Of a DNA stretch of 22,384 bases, positions 16,898 through 22,384 are shown in pieces. The stretch covers positions 1 through 22,384 of the forward strand of contig NJBH01000047.1 of assembly GCA_005223125.1 (NCBI GenBank), in the 5' to 3' direction. Below the pieces are notes generated by a model that saw nothing but the letters and a program-made list of their open reading frames with translations, did no database searches and was not told the DNA's origin. The position numbers and the translations under genes were made by a program. This stretch comes from Promethearchaeota archaeon Loki_b32 (GTDB lineage: Archaea > Asgardarchaeota > Lokiarchaeia > Sigyniarchaeales > SOKP01). Every line of letters begins with the position of its first letter. The first letter of the stretch is position 1.

Positions 16898-18036
16898 TAG
16901 GGTCTCAACCTCATATTTTCTACGAATTTATCAAACAAATACAATGAATCTAACGGCCCTGGACATGCTTCTGGATGAAATTGAACTGCAAAAATCGGTT
17001 TAGTTTTATGTTCAATACCCTCATTTGACTCATCATCTATATTTCTAAGAATTTCTTCAAATCCACCCTTTTCAAAGTCTTTTACACAAAAACCATGGTT
17101 CTGGGAAGTGATATAACATTTTTGTGATTGAGGATTAATAACTGTCTTATTACCTCCCCGATGTCCATATTTAAGTTTATAGGAAGATCCTCCTGCCCCC
17201 AATGCTAAGATCTGATTTCCCAAACATATTCCCATAGCGGGAATGCTCTGTTCAATAAGTTTACTAGATACTTCAATTGCATTTTTACATATTGCTGGAT
17301 CACCAGGACCATTCGATATAAAAACACCATCGGGATTATAAGACATAATTTGCTTGTAAGTATAATTATATGGTACTACTATAATCTCTAATCCCCTATA
17401 AACGAGATTCCGCAAAATATTAAGCTTAGCTCCCATATCTAATAAAACTACCTTGCCAATTGGATTAGATGGTTTATAAACATTTACAACCTTAGTTGAA
17501 ACTTCACTTGCAAGATTACGGAGATTCGGGTCTTCTGCTTCAGCAGCAACTTGCTTCAAATCGTCAATATCTGGCTTCTCTCCAGATTCATACACTGCTA
17601 ACGCCCCTACTTGGACACCCTCCTCACGTAAAATTTTTGTAACTGCTCGTGTATCAATCCATTCAATCCCGGGAACATCTTGTTCAGTTAAAAATTCATC
17701 AAGAGTTTTAACACTTTGATAATGACTAGGATGTTTACAGCACTCATTCACGACATAGCCCGTTACTTTAATAGAATCTGATTCAAAATATTTGGTAATG
17801 CCATATTCATCTTTTTCCCATGGAGAAACTCCATAGTTTCCAACAAGTGGGTGTGTCATAACGACAATTTGACCCCAGTAGGAAGGATCTGTTAGAGTTT
17901 CAAGATAACCAGCACCAGTCATAGTATTAAAAACAAACTCTCCTGTAACAATTTTTGTCGCTCCAAAACCAATCCCTTGAAAATAACGACCATCTTGAAA
18001 CATTAGGATTGCTGGTCTTTCTTTCTTATAAAGCAT
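16897..18036 (-). CDS. carA: Carbamoyl-phosphate synthase small subunit (glutamine amidotransferase)
   Basis: TDPSY, SNGPGDP, GICLG (catalytic Cys), TSQNHG and VQFHPE. It has a 1-nt TAATG overlap with carB. Confidence 0.98.
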   Translation of the reverse strand: MLYKKERPAILMFQDGRYFQGIGFGATKIVTGEFVFNTMTGAGYLETLTDPSYWGQIVVMTHPLVGNYGVSPWEKDEYGITKYFESDSIKVTGYVVNECCKHPSHYQSVKTLDEFLTEQDVPGIEWIDTRAVTKILREEGVQVGALAVYESGEKPDIDDLKQVAAEAEDPNLRNLASEVSTKVVNVYKPSNPIGKVVLLDMGAKLNILRNLVYRGLEIIVVPYNYTYKQIMSYNPDGVFISNGPGDPAICKNAIEVSSKLIEQSIPAMGICLGNQILALGAGGSSYKLKYGHRGGNKTVINPQSQKCYITSQNHGFCVKDFEKGGFEEILRNIDDESNEGIEHKTKPIFAVQFHPEACPGPLDSLYLFDKFVENMRLRP

Positions 18037-18132
18037 TGACTCTATTGTAAAGTTCTACTTTTAAATACTTAAATTAAAGATAATTAATACTTTTTTTAAG
18101 ATTATTTATTAACTAGTTAAATAAAATGAACT

Positions 18133-19221
18133 TTATTTAGAGCTACTTGGAGAACTAGAAGAATTTAAAGTATTTTTATCAATATACCCCTTTGCTTTAT
18201 AATAATCTAAAAGAGTAGTTTTTATTGATTGAATTATTGGCTCAAAATTTAGCTCCTCAAACGCGTTAAACCATGAAAATTCTTGAGATTTTAAACTTTC
18301 TAATTCTTTAGCTTTTTGTAAAGCAATTATTTTTTTGTCTAATAAAAATGAAGGATCTAATATATCTTCATTTCCTTCGTCTAGTCTTTTAAGATTTTGG
18401 AGCATACATTCAAGTAGATCATCATAGAAGAGAAGAGGGATGTACTTTATCTCTTTTGGCTTTATTTCATTTAATAATGAGTTTTGTTTATCTATATCGG
18501 ATATAAAACCTACTTCGGAAAGATTGAACACATCAAGATCTACCAGTTCAGGATGATATTCAACACGTTCAATTTTTTTCATCCTTTCACGATATTTCGC
18601 GATTTTTTGTTTATATAATTTAACATTTGTTTCTTTACGTATTGTTTCAATTAAAATAGAGTTATCTTTTAGTCTTTTTTCACAAATATCTTTTACTAGG
18701 TTACAATAATTTGTTGAGGCACTTATAAGATCTTCATTATTAAGCTTTGCTTTCAATACTGTACTAATATACGCTCTTAAAAATGCGGAAAAATCTTCTT
18801 CAAGACGTAATAACTTTGCATAAAGAAATTTTGTCGATTCCCACCATTTTTTAACTTTTTCAATTTTGAGTGGAATTATGAATTTTTCAAAAGCTCGGAT
18901 TTCTGTAAAATACAATAGCTTTTCCATCCCATATTGAAGAAAAGCATTAGGATTGATTGTAGCAGATAGATCATCCATTATTGAAAAAGAAATTGGATCT
19001 CTTGGGCGAATTAACACAGATTTTTCACCATTAAATACACGATCCACCCTCATAGGTAAAGGCATAATTGGATTAGAATTTATTTCTTTTAAGAGAGCTA
19101 CTGTACGTTCCATTTCAAAAGCTGAAAGGTCAGGAGGAAAAATTTCTATATAAAAAAAAAAAGGTGCAGCGTCAAATTTGTAGATTTTGAATTTATGAAC
19201 TGGTTTTATAATGATCACCAA
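18133..19221 (-). CDS. Hypothetical protein (362 aa)
   Basis: Long uninterrupted ORF with host-like composition, co-oriented upstream of carA. No family recognised; the start is uncertain. Confidence 0.8.
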   Translation of the reverse strand: MVIIIKPVHKFKIYKFDAAPFFFYIEIFPPDLSAFEMERTVALLKEINSNPIMPLPMRVDRVFNGEKSVLIRPRDPISFSIMDDLSATINPNAFLQYGMEKLLYFTEIRAFEKFIIPLKIEKVKKWWESTKFLYAKLLRLEEDFSAFLRAYISTVLKAKLNNEDLISASTNYCNLVKDICEKRLKDNSILIETIRKETNVKLYKQKIAKYRERMKKIERVEYHPELVDLDVFNLSEVGFISDIDKQNSLLNEIKPKEIKYIPLLFYDDLLECMLQNLKRLDEGNEDILDPSFLLDKKIIALQKAKELESLKSQEFSWFNAFEELNFEPIIQSIKTTLLDYYKAKGYIDKNTLNSSSSPSSSK

Positions 19222-19430
19222 TGATAAGGTATACTAAGAATCTTAAAACTATCTGAATATACTATTTCTGTATAATTTTTGCTAATATCTTAAATTATTT
19301 AAAATCGAAATTTGGTTTTAACTAGGAAGATAATATCTTTAAAAAATTTACAGATTAAGAATAATAAGTCAAGTTATTTTATTAAAAATAGGATTAAAGA
19401 AGTGAGAAAATAAAAACTCCTTCTAATTAA

Positions 19431-20492
19431 TTATTTAATTAAGTTATGGGCTTTTTTTAAACGATTTTCTGCATCGTTCACAATATCTTCAACTATTTTA
19501 TTTACATTTTCTATACTGTGTATTATTCCGATGCTTTGTCCTAACAAAACAGCCCCTGAATTAATATCTCCCGTGTATGCTGCTTCATATGCCTTACCCT
19601 CTGCTATTATATCTTCTTGAGACATTGCTGCTTCTTCAGTCATTTTTGCTTCTTTATCCGATACAAGACCATGATGTAAAGAATATTCATTTTTCCAAAG
19701 TCTAATGGGTCCTAACGCACCTGTCACCAGGACAGTGTCTTGTGCTTTTGCTGTAGGAACAACTCCTTTATATGATTCATCAAATTCACTTTCTTTAGAT
19801 GTAATAAATCTAGAACCCATCGCTACAGCCCCAGCTCCCATTGCTAGAGCAGCAGCAAGCCCTTCACCTGTAGCAAAACCACCACATGCAATAATTGGAA
19901 AATCAGGATATTTCTGTGTTACTTGTTGAAGTAAAACTAATGTGCTAACTTTCTCATAAGATTGATGACCTCCTCCTTCACCCCCAGTTACAACCATTCC
20001 ATCTACATTTGATGCTACACATTTATCTGCAAGCCATAAGGCAGGAGCAACATGAAAATGTTTAATGTTTGAGCCACTTTCTTTTAATTTTTGGAAAGAT
20101 TTTGATTGAGGTAATGTTTTCGAGGAACCAGCACTTGTTATAGCATACACACACTGTTCTTTTACTTTTGGATTTTGCATAATAAATCGGGGAATTTCTT
20201 TAACAAGGGAGAGAGCATGTGTTTCCCTTCGAGAGGTTCTAATATTAAAACCGAAGGGCTTATCTGTGTGTTCTACAACTTTGAGCATATTTTCTTTCAT
20301 TATTTCCACAGGATTCCTTCCTTTCATAAAATCACTGATTAAAGCACTATGACTTAGTACGCCTAATCCCCCCGCTTCAGATAAGGCAATAGTTAAATCA
20401 GTTGTGTAAAATGGGCCCATTGGGGCAGCAACTATCGGATGTCTAATCCCTAACATTGTTGTTAGATTTGTCTCTATAACCATTTTGAACAC
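19431..20492 (-). CDS. Nitronate monooxygenase / FabK-like FMN oxidoreductase
   Basis: Motifs LGIRHPIVAAPM, ALSEAGGLG, GGEGGGH, PIIACGG, AMGAGAVAMGSRF and GQSIG. Confidence 0.9.
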   Translation of the reverse strand: MFKMVIETNLTTMLGIRHPIVAAPMGPFYTTDLTIALSEAGGLGVLSHSALISDFMKGRNPVEIMKENMLKVVEHTDKPFGFNIRTSRRETHALSLVKEIPRFIMQNPKVKEQCVYAITSAGSSKTLPQSKSFQKLKESGSNIKHFHVAPALWLADKCVASNVDGMVVTGGEGGGHQSYEKVSTLVLLQQVTQKYPDFPIIACGGFATGEGLAAALAMGAGAVAMGSRFITSKESEFDESYKGVVPTAKAQDTVLVTGALGPIRLWKNEYSLHHGLVSDKEAKMTEEAAMSQEDIIAEGKAYEAAYTGDINSGAVLLGQSIGIIHSIENVNKIVEDIVNDAENRLKKAHNLIK

Positions 20493-20585
20493 TCTTTTTA
20501 TTTTTAAAATGTTATTAATAGTTACTGTACATTAATTTATTAGATATATTAAAGATAGAGGATAATTTATAAATTAATTGTTAAA

Positions 20586-20756
20586 ATGTATGAAATTAGC
20601 TACAATGATTATTATGATAAAGTTTTCGGTTCTTGGATAGGTCGTGTAGCTGGAGATTTTGTTGGTGCCCCAGTAGGGTTAAAAAGTCAAAAATATATTA
20701 AATACAGATATGGAAATATCAAATTTTACCCTGGAAATTATGTTAGATTTACTTAA
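20586..20756 (+). pseudogene. ADP-ribosylglycohydrolase (DraG/ARH family) N-terminal fragment
   Basis: MYEISYNDYYDKVFGSWIGRVAGDFVGAPVG matches the family start (DK..G.W.G...GD..GAP.E). It ends after 56 aa, with the convergent SDR stop about 55 nt later. Confidence 0.7.
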
Positions 20757-20810
20757 AATGAATAAGATACAATCTTTTTATTATATTAAATCATTTTAAT
20801 ATCGAAATGA

Positions 20811-21752
20811 TTAACTGAATATCTCATCGAGAGTACTAGCACCCTCACTTTTATCCGGTAAATCTTTCAATAATTCAGATTCAAGCCTTTCAGTTAATTG
20901 TTCTGGTGTAAATGGTTTCCAATTGTTTGAAATTTTCTTAACTGCTCGCCAACCACGATAAACCCATACTTTATCACCAATACATCTAAAAACCTCTCCG
21001 TTGATATTATAAGCCGCAACTGAGGCTAAGAAAACAACTAAAGGGGCGAAATGAGATGGATTATAAATGTCAAAACCTTCCTTAGTCTTAGTGTGCATTC
21101 GTTCAGCTAGTTTTGGGGCTAAATCCGTAGTCATACGAGTTCTAGCACTTGGCACAACGCAATTAACCGTAGCATATTTAGCAATTTCTTGAGATACAAT
21201 TAATGAAAACGTTGCAATGCCTGATTTAGCTGCACCATAATTGGATTGACCAATATTTCCATATAAACCAGAATCAGAGGATGTATTAATTATTCTTCCA
21301 AAATTTTTTAAATTAGGGTTTTCCTTTCCAATCTTCCTAAAATATGCAGCAGCATGACGAGTCAAATTAAATGTTCCTTTTAAGTGAACTGCAACAACAA
21401 TATCAAACTCTTCCTCAGTCATATTAAAAATCATCCTGTCTCTTAGAATACCCGCATTATTCACAATAATATCTAATTTACCAAATTCTGAAATTGACTG
21501 ATCTATCATGCCTTTTGTTTTGTTAAAATCCGTAACAGAATCATAATTTGCTACTGCTTTAATTCCGAATTTATTGCATTCTTCAACCACCATATCAGCA
21601 ATTTTGAGATCTTTGTTCAAATCTAGTGGTCCACTGCCAATATCATTGATTATCAGATTACACCCCTCTTTTGCCATAGCAATTGCTTCTTCACGCCCTA
21701 AACCGCGTCCAGCACCAGTTATTATTGCAATTTTTCCATCTAATAATCCCAT
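20811..21752 (-). CDS. Short-chain dehydrogenase/reductase (3-hydroxyacyl-CoA dehydrogenase/FabG-like)
   Basis: TGAGRGLG, NNAGILRD, catalytic S and YGAAK (YxxxK). Confidence 0.93.
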   Translation of the reverse strand: MGLLDGKIAIITGAGRGLGREEAIAMAKEGCNLIINDIGSGPLDLNKDLKIADMVVEECNKFGIKAVANYDSVTDFNKTKGMIDQSISEFGKLDIIVNNAGILRDRMIFNMTEEEFDIVVAVHLKGTFNLTRHAAAYFRKIGKENPNLKNFGRIINTSSDSGLYGNIGQSNYGAAKSGIATFSLIVSQEIAKYATVNCVVPSARTRMTTDLAPKLAERMHTKTKEGFDIYNPSHFAPLVVFLASVAAYNINGEVFRCIGDKVWVYRGWRAVKKISNNWKPFTPEQLTERLESELLKDLPDKSEGASTLDEIFS

Positions 21753-21825
21753 TTTATATCACATTCTTATTAATAAAAGACAAATATGAATTTTTTAATT
21801 TATTTGCTTACTAGGCTTTTTTGAA

Positions 21826-22384
21826 CTATATTTGACCAAGCAATAGTTTTTCTAACTCTTCTAATACGAAATTTCGGAATTCTTGCCGAGAAAAATCAGC
21901 TTGTCCAAATTGCACGATTTCGCTAGCAAAATCCCCTTTGTACTTGGGGTCTTGCTCAATTGTTTTCATATGTCTTTCTACCAAAGTAGCGCCTAAGATT
22001 AAACTATAAACAAAGAAAGTTAACATTGTAGCATTAGAAGCTTTAATTTCTCCTGTTTCAATTGCAACTTTTATTACTTTAGAAGTACCTCTCAAGTAAT
22101 TAAACTCGCGATATTCTTTTTCAAAAGGTCCTATTTTGTCAGAAGGAGGAGAATCCATAAGATGCATCATACTAAAAGCCCCAAAATCTTTATCAGCAAA
22201 CTCAAAAAAATTTGTAAAGATCTTCAACAGCAGTTCAGTAATAGATCCAGAATGATTTTTAATAATACTAATATTTTCATCTCGATATTGTTTATAAAAC
22301 TTGTTTCGGATTGCAATCCATAATTCTCTCTTACTTTCCACATAATTATACAAATTATTTTGATTCATTCCAAGAATTTTAGCT
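21826..22384 (-). CDS. TetR/AcrR family transcriptional regulator, 5'-truncated by the window edge
   Basis: The frame is open to the edge. AKILGMNQNNLYNYVESKREL is the end of a TetR HTH, followed by a helical ligand domain. Confidence 0.85.
   Translation of the reverse strand, partial: AKILGMNQNNLYNYVESKRELWIAIRNKFYKQYRDENISIIKNHSGSITELLLKIFTNFFEFADKDFGAFSMMHLMDSPPSDKIGPFEKEYREFNYLRGTSKVIKVAIETGEIKASNATMLTFFVYSLILGATLVERHMKTIEQDPKYKGDFASEIVQFGQADFSRQEFRNFVLEELEKLLLGQI

Noticed and set aside
2501-21789. Short track ORFs antisense to or overlapping long genes (2501, 2841, 6117, 7343, 9237, 10257, 11550, 13920, 16200, 18953, 19705, 21574)
   Set aside because: They overlap well-supported genes and have no recognisable features.

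Overview
The window has two compositionally different parts. Bases 1 to ~1180 are roughly 50% GC (by eye). They carry a minus-strand mannonate dehydratase (UxuA-like) gene followed by the 5' end of a CxPxR sulfatase that the ORF track missed. The rest is roughly 30% GC and looks archaeal: TATA-box promoters, T-tract terminators, Lrp/AsnC regulators and a eukaryote-type CarB. An Asgard/Lokiarchaeia-like host is my inference, not something shown directly. The two parts meet inside two genes at once, a truncated Imm63-like gene and a uxuA with no native N-terminus, which suggests a chimeric join or a microhomology insertion. The low-GC part begins with an accessory block: Imm63-like | GNAT | GNAT, separated by a 49-bp direct repeat (two near-identical copies plus degenerate ones). 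After that come a GC-rich stem-loop and a small wHTH + Zn-ribbon/YxWNC operon. The remainder is mostly housekeeping or metabolic: Lrp and glnA, a membrane protein, a heterodimeric ABC exporter, a GNAT, a stand-alone Lrp RAM domain, carAB, a 362-aa unknown, a nitronate monooxygenase/FabK-like flavoprotein, an SDR and a partial TetR. Several unannotated small ORFs and pseudogenes were also found: a 48-aa ORF, a membrane gene with a stop at codon 2, and an ADP-ribosylglycohydrolase fragment.
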